NCBI GenBank assembly: GCA_018268955.1
Contig: JAFDVO010000003.1
Coordinates: forward strand, 138,580-202,579
Direction: 5' to 3'
DNA from: Acidobacteriota bacterium
GTDB lineage: Bacteria > Acidobacteriota > Vicinamibacteria > Vicinamibacterales > CAVVIG01
Length of the DNA stretch: 64,000 bases
The notes beneath the pieces were generated by a model. That model had not been told where the DNA came from. It ran no database searches and saw nothing but the letters and a program-made list of their open reading frames with translations. A program made the translations under genes and the position numbers. Below are positions 36,877 to 47,679 of the stretch, in pieces. Numbering within the stretch: the stretch's first letter is position 1; each line of letters starts with the position of its first letter.

Positions 36877-38067
36877 TTACTTGTCCTTCAGCGCCGCGAC
36901 GCCCGGAAGCGTGCGGCCACCGAGGAACTCCAGCGACGCGCCGCCGCCGGTCGAGATGTGCGTGACCCGGTCAGCCATCCCGGACTTCTTCAGCGCGGAG
37001 ATCGAGTCGCCGCCGCCGACGATCGTCGTGCCCTGCACGGCGGCCACCGCCTTCGCGAGCGCGTTCGTGCCGTTGGCGAACGCCGGGATCTCGAACACCC
37101 CCATCGGGCCGTTCCAGACCACCGTGCGTGCGTCGCTGAGCAGCGCGGCGTACTTCTCGATGGTCTTCGGGCCGATGTCGACCCCCATCCGGTCGCCGAT
37201 CGACGGGTCGTCCATCGCCAGCACCTCGTATGGCGCCTCCGCCGAAATGGCCGTCGTCACCACGTGGTCGATCGGCAGCGCCAGCTCCACCCCGCGCGCT
37301 GCGGCATCGGCGCTGATCGTCTTCGCCGCGTCGATCTTGTCCTCCTCGACGAGCGATTTGCCGGTGGGGATGCCGCGGGACTTCATGAACGTGTAGGCCA
37401 TGGCGCCGCCGATGATCAGGCGGTCCACCTTGCCCAGCATGTTCTCGATGACCTCGAGCTTGTCGGAGACCTTCGCGCCGCCAAGGATGGCGACGAACGG
37501 CCGCTCCGGCGACTCGAGCGCGTGGCCGAGGTACTTGATCTCCTGCTCCATCAGGAGGCCCGCGGCCGGCTTCGCGAACGAGTGGGTCATCCCCTCGACC
37601 GACGCATGCGCCCGGTGCGCCGCGCCAAACGCATCGTCCACGTACTCGTCGGCGTGCTGCGCGAGCTGCTTCGAGAACTCCGGGTCGTTCTTCTCTTCCT
37701 GGGGATAGAACCGCAGGTTCTCGAGAAGCACCAGGCCGTTCTCCTTGCGTGCCTGCTCGATCGCGTCAGCGACCGGCTGCCCGATGCAGTCGGTCGCGAA
37801 GATCACCTTGCGGTTGAGCAGTTCGGAGAGCCGCGCGGCGACAGGCCCGAGGCTGTACTCCATGTTGCGGGTGCCCTTCGGCCGGCCCAGGTGGCTGGCG
37901 ACGATAGGCAGCGCGCCCGCATCGAGCGCGAACTGCAGGGTGGGCAGCGTCGCGCGGATGCGGGTGTCGTCGGTGATGACGCCGTTCTTGATCGGGACGT
38001 TGAAGTCCACGCGCACGAACGTGCGGCGTCCCTGCAGCTGCAGGTCGCGAATGGAGAGCTTGGCCAT
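36877..38067 (-). CDS. pgk: phosphoglycerate kinase
   Basis: RVDFNVP...SHLGRP...GGGDS. Start taken at MAKLSIRDL (38067) rather than the upstream Met at 38091. Confidence 0.95.
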   Translation of the reverse strand: MAKLSIRDLQLQGRRTFVRVDFNVPIKNGVITDDTRIRATLPTLQFALDAGALPIVASHLGRPKGTRNMEYSLGPVAARLSELLNRKVIFATDCIGQPVADAIEQARKENGLVLLENLRFYPQEEKNDPEFSKQLAQHADEYVDDAFGAAHRAHASVEGMTHSFAKPAAGLLMEQEIKYLGHALESPERPFVAILGGAKVSDKLEVIENMLGKVDRLIIGGAMAYTFMKSRGIPTGKSLVEEDKIDAAKTISADAAARGVELALPIDHVVTTAISAEAPYEVLAMDDPSIGDRMGVDIGPKTIEKYAALLSDARTVVWNGPMGVFEIPAFANGTNALAKAVAAVQGTTIVGGGDSISALKKSGMADRVTHISTGGGASLEFLGGRTLPGVAALKDK

Positions 38068-38071
38068 CGGG

Positions 38072-39169
<1,098 letters not shown>

Positions 39170-39231
39170 CTATACTTCCCGTCTCGTAACTCGTTGGCAG
39201 AGACGGGCTTATCTCCTTTCTGTCGTCACGG

Positions 39232-40560
39232 ATGTATCTCGCGTACAGCTTCCTCTCGCTGCTCGTCTTCGCGCTCGTCTCGCCGTACTTCGTGTACCAG
39301 GCGGTGCGCTACAAGAAGTACGTCGGCAGCCTCTCACAACGGCTGGGCTACCTGCCGATCACGTTGAACGTCGACGGCGACCCGTCTATCTGGATCCACT
39401 GCGTGTCGGTGGGCGAGACGCTGACGGCGCGCGCGCTCATCGCGGACCTGCGCGAGCGGTATCCGCGCCTGCGCCTCTTCCTATCGACCACGACCATTGC
39501 GGGCCAGCAGGTGGCGAAGAAGAACCTGCAGCAGGTCGACGCGGTGTTCTACTTCCCGTTCGACTGGATGTTCACGGTGCGCCGCGTGCTCGACGTCGTG
39601 CGCCCGCGCATGTTCGTGATGATGGAGACGGAGATCTGGCCGAACCTCCTCCGCGAGTGCCGCGCGCGCGGCATCAGGACGGTCGTCATCAACGGACGCA
39701 TCTCCGCCCGCTCGTATCCGCGCTACAAGCTCGTGCGGCCGTTCTTCCGCCGCGTGCTCGCCGACATCGACCGCTTCTGCATGCAGAGCGACGAGTCGGC
39801 CCGCCGGATCATCGATCTCGGCGCGGATCCCTCCAGGGTTTCCGTGACGGGAAGCCTGAAGTTCGATTCGCTCCCCGCTCCTGCTCCGGTCGCGCACGGA
39901 CGTCCGCGTGAGCTGGTGCTGCGCCACTTCCGCATGTCTCCTTCACGCGTGGTGCTCGTGGCCGGGAGCACGATGAAGCCCGAGGACGCGGTCGTGCTGC
40001 GGGCCTTCGCGCGCATCCGGTCGATCGCGCCCGGTGCGCTGCTGGTGCTCGCCCCGCGCCAGCGCGAGCGCTTTGCCGAGGTGGAGAAGCTCGCCCTCGA
40101 CGAAGGCTTCACCGTGGCGAAGCGTTCGGAGCTGCCGATCGACAGCGAACCCCGCACGGACGTCGTCGTGCTCGACACCTTCGGCGAGCTGGCGCAGGTC
40201 TACCAGATCGCGACGCTCGTCTTCGTCGGCGGCAGCCTCGCGGATTACGGCGGCCACAACATCCTCGAGCCGGCCATCTACGGAAAGCCGATCGTCGTCG
40301 GCCCGCACATGCACAACTTCCGCGAGATCACCGAGACGTTCCTCGCAAACCGTGCGCTGCTGCAGGTGCAGACCGAGCGCGAGCTCGAGGAGATGCTCCG
40401 CAACCTCGTCACGGATCCGGTGAGCCGTGCGAGCCTCGGCGCGGCGGCTCGCGCCCTCATCGACGCCAACCGCGGCGCCAAGGACAAGACGATGGCGGTG
40501 GTGTCGGACCTGCTGCCGGGGCCCGGCGGCGTCGTGCGTCCGTTCCGGCTGGTGCAGTGA
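39232..40560 (+). CDS. waaA: 3-deoxy-D-manno-octulosonic acid (Kdo) transferase
   Basis: N-terminal TM helix, IWIHCVSVGE motif, and a GT30-like C-terminus (GGSL...GGHNILEPA). Confidence 0.85.
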   Translation: MYLAYSFLSLLVFALVSPYFVYQAVRYKKYVGSLSQRLGYLPITLNVDGDPSIWIHCVSVGETLTARALIADLRERYPRLRLFLSTTTIAGQQVAKKNLQQVDAVFYFPFDWMFTVRRVLDVVRPRMFVMMETEIWPNLLRECRARGIRTVVINGRISARSYPRYKLVRPFFRRVLADIDRFCMQSDESARRIIDLGADPSRVSVTGSLKFDSLPAPAPVAHGRPRELVLRHFRMSPSRVVLVAGSTMKPEDAVVLRAFARIRSIAPGALLVLAPRQRERFAEVEKLALDEGFTVAKRSELPIDSEPRTDVVVLDTFGELAQVYQIATLVFVGGSLADYGGHNILEPAIYGKPIVVGPHMHNFREITETFLANRALLQVQTERELEEMLRNLVTDPVSRASLGAAARALIDANRGAKDKTMAVVSDLLPGPGGVVRPFRLVQ

Positions 40561-41570
40561 TCGGCGATGCCCTGAGCGTCGCATACGGCGCCATCGCGAC
40601 CTGGCGTCGACGCTGGTACGCCGCTCCGGGGCGTGCGCGCCGTCTCGCGCGTCCCGTGATCAGCATCGGCAACCTGCGCGTGGGTGGCAGCGGAAAGACG
40701 CCGGTCGTTGCGGCCATCGCGCGCATGCTGATCGCCCAGGGTGAGCGGCCGGTCGTGCTCAGTCGCGGCTATGCACGCCGCAAGGTGACGCCCGGTGTCA
40801 CCGTCGTGTCCGATCGCGAGCGTGTGCTCGTCGACGTCGAGCACGCGGGCGACGAGCCGCTCCTCCTTGCGCGGACGTTGCCGGGGGTCCCCGTGCTGGT
40901 GTGCGCCGAGCGGTTCGCGGCCGGCACGCTCGCCGAGTCCCGCTTCGATCCCACCGTGCACCTCCTGGACGACGGCTTCCAGCACGTGCGCCTGGCCCGT
41001 GACATCGACCTGTTGCTCGCCGACGAGTCGGACCTCGACGATCGCGTGCTGCCCGCAGGCCGGCTCCGTGAGCCGCTGGCGAATGCCGCTGTGGCGCACG
41101 CGGTGATCGTGCCGGGCGGCAGTGCCGACACGGCACACAAGGTGGGCGAGCGGCTCGGCGTGCGCCAGTCCTTCAGGACCACACGCGTACTCGGCGCGCC
41201 ACACGGCGTGGGGCGGGGCGCGGTTGCCCTCGCGTCCGCGGCGCCGGTCTTCGCCGTGGCTGCGGTGGCGAAGCCCGAACGCTTCTTCGCGGACCTCCGC
41301 AGCGACGGCTTCAACGTGGTCGGCACGAAGGCCTTCCGCGACCATCACTGGTTCAGCGTGGCGGAGCTCGCGGGCCTGGCCGATGCCGCGAGGCGTGCGG
41401 GAGCCTCGGCAATCGTCACGACGGAGAAAGACGCGGTCAGGCTCGAGCCGCTGGACCTGTCGGCGTTCCCGTTCCTTGCTGTTCCGCTCGAGACGACCAT
41501 CGAGCCGACGGCCGTCTTCGATGAGTGGCTGCGGACCCGGCTCGCGGCGTCACGGGCCGCCGTCCACTGA
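40557..41570 (+). CDS. lpxK: tetraacyldisaccharide 4'-kinase
   Basis: ISIGNLRVGGSGKTPVV P-loop and SRGY. Overlaps the waaA stop. Confidence 0.9.
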   Translation: MIGDALSVAYGAIATWRRRWYAAPGRARRLARPVISIGNLRVGGSGKTPVVAAIARMLIAQGERPVVLSRGYARRKVTPGVTVVSDRERVLVDVEHAGDEPLLLARTLPGVPVLVCAERFAAGTLAESRFDPTVHLLDDGFQHVRLARDIDLLLADESDLDDRVLPAGRLREPLANAAVAHAVIVPGGSADTAHKVGERLGVRQSFRTTRVLGAPHGVGRGAVALASAAPVFAVAAVAKPERFFADLRSDGFNVVGTKAFRDHHWFSVAELAGLADAARRAGASAIVTTEKDAVRLEPLDLSAFPFLAVPLETTIEPTAVFDEWLRTRLAASRAAVH

Positions 41571-41581
41571 GATCTCGCGCG

Positions 41582-42481
41582 ATGTTCAGGCACCGTCTCG
41601 AATATGTCGCCGTGCGCTCGCTCATCGTGGTCGTGCGCTTCATGCCGGACGCCGTCGTCGAGGCGTGTGGATCGGCGCTCGGGCTGACGTTCTACGCGCT
41701 GGACGGCTCGCATCGCCGGGTCGCGGCGCGGAACGTCGCGGCCGCGTTCCCGACGCGTACACCAGCAGAGCACGCGGCCATCGTACGCGGCACGTTCAGG
41801 CACTTCGGTCGGTTGCTGTTCCAGTTGCTGAAGTTCAGCACGCTCAGCAACGAGCAGATGCTCGCGCGCGTGGAGTTCGAGGGCGAGGAGCGCGTCCGGG
41901 CCGCGTACGCGCAGGGCAGAGGCATCATCTTCGTCACCGGGCACTTCGGCTACTGGGAGCTTCAGGCGCTCGTACACGGCCTGCGGCTGCAGCCGATGTC
42001 GGTGATGGCGCGCGCACTGGACAACCCGTACCTGCACCGCCTGCTCGAGGAGATGCGCACGCGCACGGGCAACGGCGTCATCTACCGGCAGGGAACGCTG
42101 CGCCGCGCGCTGCGGGTGCTGCAGGACGGCGGCAGCCTTGGCATCCTCATCGACCAGCACATCGCCAGCCGCGACGCCATCCACGTCGACTTCTTCAACC
42201 GGCCGGCGGCGACGACGCCGATCGTGGCCGCGCTCGCGATGCGCACCGGCGCGCGGATCATCCCGCTGTTCGCGTTGCCGATCGGGCACGGCCGGTACCG
42301 CATGGTGTACGAACACCCGATCGAGCCGCCGCCCGAAGGCACGGAGGACCCGATCCACGAGATCACGCAGCGGTGCACGGACGTCCTCGAGATGTACGTC
42401 CGCAAGCATCCGGACCTGTGGCTGTGGATGCATAGAAGATGGCGCGAGACGGACGCTAGACGTGGGACTTCAGACGTATGA
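41582..42481 (+). CDS. lipid A biosynthesis (Kdo2-lipid IVA) acyltransferase, LpxL/HtrB family
   Basis: VTGHFGYWE (the HX4E-type motif region), plus typical size and synteny with lpxK. Start at MFRHRLEY. Confidence 0.8.
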   Translation: MFRHRLEYVAVRSLIVVVRFMPDAVVEACGSALGLTFYALDGSHRRVAARNVAAAFPTRTPAEHAAIVRGTFRHFGRLLFQLLKFSTLSNEQMLARVEFEGEERVRAAYAQGRGIIFVTGHFGYWELQALVHGLRLQPMSVMARALDNPYLHRLLEEMRTRTGNGVIYRQGTLRRALRVLQDGGSLGILIDQHIASRDAIHVDFFNRPAATTPIVAALAMRTGARIIPLFALPIGHGRYRMVYEHPIEPPPEGTEDPIHEITQRCTDVLEMYVRKHPDLWLWMHRRWRETDARRGTSDV

Positions 42482-42534
42482 ACTCAAAGTCCGAACTTCA
42501 CTTCTCACGTCTCAAGTCCGACGTCAAATGTCCT

Positions 42535-44181
42535 TCAGAGTTCGTACCGCGCGGCGATCGGCATGCGCCACCCGGTGCCGAAGGCGCGATCGGTGACCTT
42601 GAGGCCCGGAGCGGCCTGCTTGCGCTTGAACTCGGCGATCCGCACCAGGCGAAGGACGCGCGTGACCGTGGCGGCATCGAAGCCGGCCGCGATGATCGTG
42701 GCGGCCGATTCGTGCCGCTCGATGTAGCGCTGGAGGATGTCGTCGAGGACATCGTATGGCGGAAGTGAGTCCTGATCCGTCTGGTTCGGACGCAACTCGG
42801 CCGAGGGTGCCTTCGTCAGGACAGGCTCGGGGATGACCTCGCGCTCCTCGCGATGGTTCAGCCACCGCGCGACGCGGTATACCATCGTCTTCGGGACGTC
42901 GGCGATGACCGCGAGCCCGCCCGACATGTCGCCGTACAGCGTGCAGTAGCCGACGGCCAGCTCCGACTTGTTGCCGGTGGTGAGGAGCAGCGCGCCGCGC
43001 TTGTTCGAGAGCGCCATCAGCAGGTTGCCGCGGATGCGTGCCTGGATGTTCTCCTCGGTGACGTCCCGTTCGGTGCCCGCGAAGGCGTCGGCCAGCGTGC
43101 CTTCCATGGCCTGCATCGCCGATGCGATGGGCAGCGTGAGCGTCTGGATGCCGAGGTTCGACGCAAGCGCGAGCGAGTCGTCTATGCTGCCGCGGCTCGA
43201 GTAGGGGGACGGCATCAACACGCCGAGCACGTTCGCGGGCCCCAGCGCGTCGGCAGCGATGGCGGCCGTGAGGGCGGAGTCGATGCCGCCTGAGAGCCCG
43301 AGCACGACGCTCCCGAAGCCGCACTTGCGCGCGTAGTCACGCGTGCCGAGCACGAGCGCACGCCAGACCTCGGATTCAGCCACCAGATCCGACGGCGGAC
43401 CGATGTTCGCGGTGTGTGCGAGATCCGCGATGACCACGTCGGTCGCGAACGCCGCCCCACGCGCAATGGGTGCACCCTCGGCATTGAAGGCGCAGCTGCG
43501 GCCGTCGAAGACGAGGTCATCGTTGCCGCCGCACTGGTTGACGTAGAGCAGCGGGACACCGTACTTCCGAGCCATGCTGGCGAGCATCGACTCGCGCAGG
43601 CGATGCTTGCCGACCGAGAAGGGCGAGGCGGACAGGTTGAGGATGACCGTCGCGCCGGCCTGCACCAGCTCGGATACCGGATCGCGGTGGTACCGGCGCC
43701 GCTTCCAGAAGTCGCGATCGTTCCAGACGTCTTCGCAGATGCTGATGCCCAGCCGGACACCGCTGACGTCCAGGATCTGCACGGCCTGGTACGGCTCGAA
43801 ATAGCGGTCCTCGTCGAACACGTCGTAGGTTGGCAGGAGCGCCTTCCGGAACCGCTGTTCCACCCGGCCCCCGCGCAGGAGCGCAGCGCTGTTGAACAGC
43901 GGGCGCCCCTCGTCGGACGGGTTCGGCTCGGGCAGGCCCACGAGCGTCGGAGGACCGTCGGCGAGCTCCCGGGCGAGCTGCTCCAGTTCCTGCCAGCTGC
44001 GGGAGACGAACGCCTCGCTGAGCAGCAGGTCGCGCGGCAGGTAGCCGACGAGCGCGAGCTCGGGCGTGACCGCCAGGTCTGCACCAGCGGCCTTCGCCTG
44101 ACGCGCAGCCTCGGCGATGAGCCTCGCGTTTCCGGGAATGTCGCCGACGATCGGGTTGAGCTGCAGCAGCGCGATCTTCAC
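42535..44181 (-). CDS. nadE: glutamine-dependent NAD+ synthetase
   Basis: N-terminal nitrilase/CN-hydrolase domain (MKIALLQLNP...) and a C-terminal synthetase domain with LGLSGGIDSAL. Confidence 0.9.
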   Translation of the reverse strand: MKIALLQLNPIVGDIPGNARLIAEAARQAKAAGADLAVTPELALVGYLPRDLLLSEAFVSRSWQELEQLARELADGPPTLVGLPEPNPSDEGRPLFNSAALLRGGRVEQRFRKALLPTYDVFDEDRYFEPYQAVQILDVSGVRLGISICEDVWNDRDFWKRRRYHRDPVSELVQAGATVILNLSASPFSVGKHRLRESMLASMARKYGVPLLYVNQCGGNDDLVFDGRSCAFNAEGAPIARGAAFATDVVIADLAHTANIGPPSDLVAESEVWRALVLGTRDYARKCGFGSVVLGLSGGIDSALTAAIAADALGPANVLGVLMPSPYSSRGSIDDSLALASNLGIQTLTLPIASAMQAMEGTLADAFAGTERDVTEENIQARIRGNLLMALSNKRGALLLTTGNKSELAVGYCTLYGDMSGGLAVIADVPKTMVYRVARWLNHREEREVIPEPVLTKAPSAELRPNQTDQDSLPPYDVLDDILQRYIERHESAATIIAAGFDAATVTRVLRLVRIAEFKRKQAAPGLKVTDRAFGTGWRMPIAARYEL

Positions 44182-44246
44182 TGCACAAATCTTAGCGTTC
44201 CGAAGTCGGAACTCGGAGTTCTGAATTCAGACGTTCACTTCTGCTT

Positions 44247-44327
44247 CCGAGTCCCGAGTCCCGACGAGTCCCGAGTCCCGACGAGTCCCGAGTCCCGAGT
44301 CCCGAGTTCCGAGTCCCGAGTCCCGAA
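44247..44327. repeat. heptanucleotide tandem array (CCGAGTC)n, about ten units with two CGA insertions and one T variant
   Basis: Read directly: ccgagtcccgagtcccgacgagtcccgagtcccgacgagtcccgagtcccgagtcccgagttccgagtcccgagtcccgaag. Lies in the nadE/waaF divergent intergenic region. Confidence 0.9.
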
Positions 44328-44448
44328 GTCGTGCGCGTGTTAGGCTCGATACACACCCGATGCATCCCTGCCAGCCAATCTCGAAGAGCGTGCGTGGCGT
44401 CGCAGGCGAACGGCCGCGGAGCACGCGGCGGCGTCGGCTGAGCCGCGC

Positions 44449-45450
44449 ATGCCGGAGGCGCGCGTGAGCCAGCGCATCCTCGTCCTCGCACCCAACTGGC
44501 TGGGCGACGCGGTGATGGCGCTTCCGGCGGTGGCCGACGTCCGCCGGGCGATGCCGGAAGCGACGATCGACGTGGCCGCACGGCCGTCCATCGCGCCGCT
44601 GATTCCGCTGATCCCGACCGTGAACGCCGCCGTCCCGCTGTCCAGCCGCGATGCGGGAGCCGACATCATCAGGGCGGGGCGCTACGACATCGCCCTGCTC
44701 CTGCCGAACTCGTTTGCGAGCGCGTGGATGGTGTATCGCGCGGGTGTGCCCGAGCGCTGGGGGTACCGCAACGAGTTCCGCGCGATGCTGCTGACGCGTG
44801 CGGTCGTGCCGCCGACGCGCGTGCACCAGGCGTCGTACTACCAGCAGCTGACCGAGGCGCTCGGGTTCGTCGCGGGCCCGCTCGAGCCGAGGCTCGAGGT
44901 TCCAGGCGACCTGCGGACCATTGGAGAAGAGCGGCTCTCCGCGGCCGGCTGGGACGCGGGAACCCCGCTCGTGGCCGTCGCTCCTGGCGCCGCATTTGGA
45001 GGGGCCAAGCGCTGGCCGGCCGACCGTTTCGCGGCGACCATCGACGCCCTCGCGAAGGACGGCGTGCGGTCGGTCCTGATCGGCGCCGGAGCCGATGCGC
45101 GGGCCGGCGCGGAGGTGATGGCCCGCGTCCACACCGGACTTCGCCCGCTCGACCTGATCGGCGCCACCGACCTGTCCGCGCTCGCAGGCGTGCTGGTCCA
45201 CTGCCGCGCGCTGGTCACGAACGACTCGGGCGCTATGCATTTTGCCGCCGCTCTCGGCATGAACGTGACCGCGATTTTCGGACCGACGAACGAAGCAGAG
45301 ACGCGGCCGCTCGGCAGGGGGCGCCGTGGTGTCGTGCACACCGAGGTCTGGTGCCGCCCGTGCATGCTGCGCGAGTGCCCGCTGACCCACCGGTGCATGA
45401 CCCATGTGACCAGCGACGCGGTCCTTCAAGACCTGAGGCAGAGCCTGTGA
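44449..45450 (+). CDS. waaF: ADP-heptose:LPS heptosyltransferase (GT9), WaaF-like
   Basis: RILVLAPNWLGDAVMALPA, and C-terminal TNDSGAMHFAAALG...FGPT. Confidence 0.8.
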   Translation: MPEARVSQRILVLAPNWLGDAVMALPAVADVRRAMPEATIDVAARPSIAPLIPLIPTVNAAVPLSSRDAGADIIRAGRYDIALLLPNSFASAWMVYRAGVPERWGYRNEFRAMLLTRAVVPPTRVHQASYYQQLTEALGFVAGPLEPRLEVPGDLRTIGEERLSAAGWDAGTPLVAVAPGAAFGGAKRWPADRFAATIDALAKDGVRSVLIGAGADARAGAEVMARVHTGLRPLDLIGATDLSALAGVLVHCRALVTNDSGAMHFAAALGMNVTAIFGPTNEAETRPLGRGRRGVVHTEVWCRPCMLRECPLTHRCMTHVTSDAVLQDLRQSL

Positions 45451-46013
45451 GTGCGGCCGTGTTTCTCGATCGTGACGGGACGCTCATCGAGGAGGTCGGA
45501 TACCTCGATCGGCCCGAGCGGATTGCGCTCTATCCGTTTGCCGCGGATGCCATTCGCGCGCTGAACCGCGCGGGCATCCGGGTCGTGATGGTGACCAACC
45601 AGTCGGGCATCGCACGCGGCTTCTTCACCCCCGCGGTCGTCGATGCCTGCCACGCGCACATCGCCGCGCAGTTGTCGCGTGCCGGGGCACACATCGACGC
45701 GTACTACTACTGCCCGCACCATCCGGACGGCTGCGTGCCGGAGTTCGTCGTGCGGTGCGACTGCCGCAAGCCGGGCACCGCGCTCGTCGAACGGGCCGTG
45801 CGTGAGTTCGGGGTCGACCCGCAGCGCTCGTTCGCGGTGGGCGACCGCTGGGTCGATATCGGTCTCGCTCGCGCGATGGGCGGTCGCGGCGTGCTCGTGC
45901 GGACCGGTTACGGTGCTGTCGTCGAGCACGTGGCGCCGTCCGGCATGACCGCCGATGCAGTCGTGGACAACCTCGCAGGCGCCGCGAGCTGGATCCTGGC
46001 TGCCGCGCGATAG
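45447..46013 (+). CDS. gmhB: D-glycero-beta-D-manno-heptose-1,7-bisphosphate 7-phosphatase
   Basis: VFLDRDGTL (HAD motif I), VTNQSG, and a CDCRKPG zinc-site motif. The GTG start overlaps the waaF stop. It is only the 3' part of track ORF 44724-46013. Confidence 0.85.
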   Translation: MSAAVFLDRDGTLIEEVGYLDRPERIALYPFAADAIRALNRAGIRVVMVTNQSGIARGFFTPAVVDACHAHIAAQLSRAGAHIDAYYYCPHHPDGCVPEFVVRCDCRKPGTALVERAVREFGVDPQRSFAVGDRWVDIGLARAMGGRGVLVRTGYGAVVEHVAPSGMTADAVVDNLAGAASWILAAAR

Positions 46014-46054
46014 GTCCCGCACCGCCCGGCGGACTACAATGCCAGACCGCCTGT

Positions 46055-47101
46055 ATGGACATTCCTGAGCGCACCGAGCGACTGCTCTCGCTCCTCGCCA
46101 GCTTCGGCTCGAAACGCATCCTCGTCGTCGGCGACCTCATCGCCGATGAGTTCATCTACGGCGAAGTGTCGCGCGTCTCGCGCGAGGCGCCGGTGCTCAT
46201 CCTGAAATACGACGCGACCGAGGTCGTGCCCGGCGGCGCGGGCAATGCGGCCAACAACGTGGCCGCGCTCGGCGCCCGTGCGCTGCTCGCCGGCATGGTC
46301 GGCACCGACCCCGAAGGCCGGCGGCTGCTCGCCACGTTCCCGAAACCGGTGGACGTCCGGCACGTCGTCCGCGCGAAGCACTACCGGACACCGGTGAAGA
46401 CCCGGATCCTCGCGGGCGGGGTGCACTCGGCGAAACAGCAGGTGGTGCGCATCGACCGCGAGACCGGGTGGCCGCTCTCGGCGGAGGTCAGCGAGGTCTT
46501 CGCCGAGCGGCTCGCGCCCGCCATCGGTGAGTGCGACGCCGTGCTGCTCTCCGACTACGGCTCAGGGCTGATCACGCCGGACCTCGCGCTGGCCCTCCGC
46601 CGGGCGCTCGAATCGCGCACGCCCCGCCGGCCCGTGCCGATCGTGGTCGACACGCGCTACCGGCTGCTCGACTACAAGGGGCTGACCGCGTGCACGCCGA
46701 ACGAATCCGAGGTCGAGCGCGCGTTGGATATCGAGATCGATGATGACCCCGAGGCGCTCGAGCGGGCGGGCCGGACGCTGTTGCGGCGGACCGGGATGCA
46801 GGCCGTCCTGATCACGCGTGGCAGCCGCGGCATGGCGCTGTTCCAGCCGAAGCAGCCGACCGTGCACATCCCGATCTTCGGGTCTGACGAAGTGGCGGAT
46901 GTCACTGGAGCCGGGGATACGGTCATCGCGACCGTGACCACCGCGCTCGCCTCCGGTGCCTCGTTCGAGGAGGCTGCTCGTTTGGCGAACTTCGCCGGCG
47001 GCCTCGTCGTCATGAAACGCGGGACCGCCACCGTCTCTCAGCAGGAACTGCGCAGCGCGATCGAGCACGCCGCGGAACCCGTTCCGGGAGCGACGCGCTG
47101 A
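46055..47101 (+). CDS. D-beta-D-heptose 7-phosphate kinase (RfaE domain I, PfkB family), stand-alone
   Basis: ILVVGDLIADEF...GGAGNAANN...DVTGAGDT. Confidence 0.85.
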   Translation: MDIPERTERLLSLLASFGSKRILVVGDLIADEFIYGEVSRVSREAPVLILKYDATEVVPGGAGNAANNVAALGARALLAGMVGTDPEGRRLLATFPKPVDVRHVVRAKHYRTPVKTRILAGGVHSAKQQVVRIDRETGWPLSAEVSEVFAERLAPAIGECDAVLLSDYGSGLITPDLALALRRALESRTPRRPVPIVVDTRYRLLDYKGLTACTPNESEVERALDIEIDDDPEALERAGRTLLRRTGMQAVLITRGSRGMALFQPKQPTVHIPIFGSDEVADVTGAGDTVIATVTTALASGASFEEAARLANFAGGLVVMKRGTATVSQQELRSAIEHAAEPVPGATR

Positions 47102-47583
47102 TGGGGACGGTCCTGACGGAACAGGCGCTCGCCAACGCGGTAGCGAGGGACAAGGCCGCGGGGCACACCATCGCGTTCGCCAACGGCTGTTTCGATCTGC
47201 TGCACGTCGGCCACGTGCGTTACCTGCAGGGCGCCGCGGCCGAAGCCGATCGCCTGGTGGTCGCGGTGAACAGCGACGCCTCCGTGCGCGGTCTCAAGGG
47301 CGAAGGCCGCCCGATCCTCCCGGAGCAGGACCGTGCCGAGCTTGTCGCTGCCCTCCGCGCCGTCACCTACGTTGTCATCTTCGATGACCCGAACGTCGAG
47401 CGGTTGCTGCGGCTGCTGAAGCCGGACGTCCACTGCAAGGGGACCGACTACACCGTCGACACCGTGCCCGAGCGAGCGGTGGTGCAGGAATACGGCGGCC
47501 GTACAGCCATCGTCGGCGACCCGAAAAACCACAACACCCGTGAGCTGATCGCCCGCATCGCGGCCGGTGCCCCGCGCCGGTGA
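47101..47583 (+). CDS. D-beta-D-heptose 1-phosphate adenylyltransferase (RfaE domain II), stand-alone
   Basis: FANGCFDLLHVGHVRYL cytidylyltransferase motif. The start overlaps the upstream stop (TGATG). Confidence 0.85.
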   Translation: MGTVLTEQALANAVARDKAAGHTIAFANGCFDLLHVGHVRYLQGAAAEADRLVVAVNSDASVRGLKGEGRPILPEQDRAELVAALRAVTYVVIFDDPNVERLLRLLKPDVHCKGTDYTVDTVPERAVVQEYGGRTAIVGDPKNHNTRELIARIAAGAPRR

Positions 47584-47638
47584 GCCTGAGCCCCAGTGCC
47601 CGTGTCCGGAGCGTGGGTTGTGAGCGTCCGCTGTTGTG

Positions 47639-47666
47639 GACTTCTGACTTCTGACTTCTGAGTTCC
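47639..47666. repeat. heptamer tandem repeat (GACTTCT)x3 + GAGTTCC
   Basis: gacttctgacttctgacttctgagttcc lies just upstream of the GT9 gene start at 47680. Confidence 0.85.
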
Positions 47667-47679
47667 CACTTCGGAAACG

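Noticed and set aside
40278-42435. Minus- and plus-strand ORFs of 350-440 aa overlapping lpxK and the acyltransferase gene
   Set aside because: These are shadow ORFs typical of very high-GC coding DNA. The annotated frames carry the recognisable LpxK P-loop and acyltransferase motifs.
44247-44327. CRISPR array
   Set aside because: The units are 7 nt and directly abut each other with no spacers. The same holds for the 16-mer array at 51945-52008.
44227-46022. ORFs 44227-45429 (minus strand), 44724-45446 (plus-strand upstream part) and 45426-46022 (minus strand)
   Set aside because: They overlap waaF and gmhB in wrong frames. Only the GTG-initiated 45447-46013 segment shows HAD phosphatase motifs.
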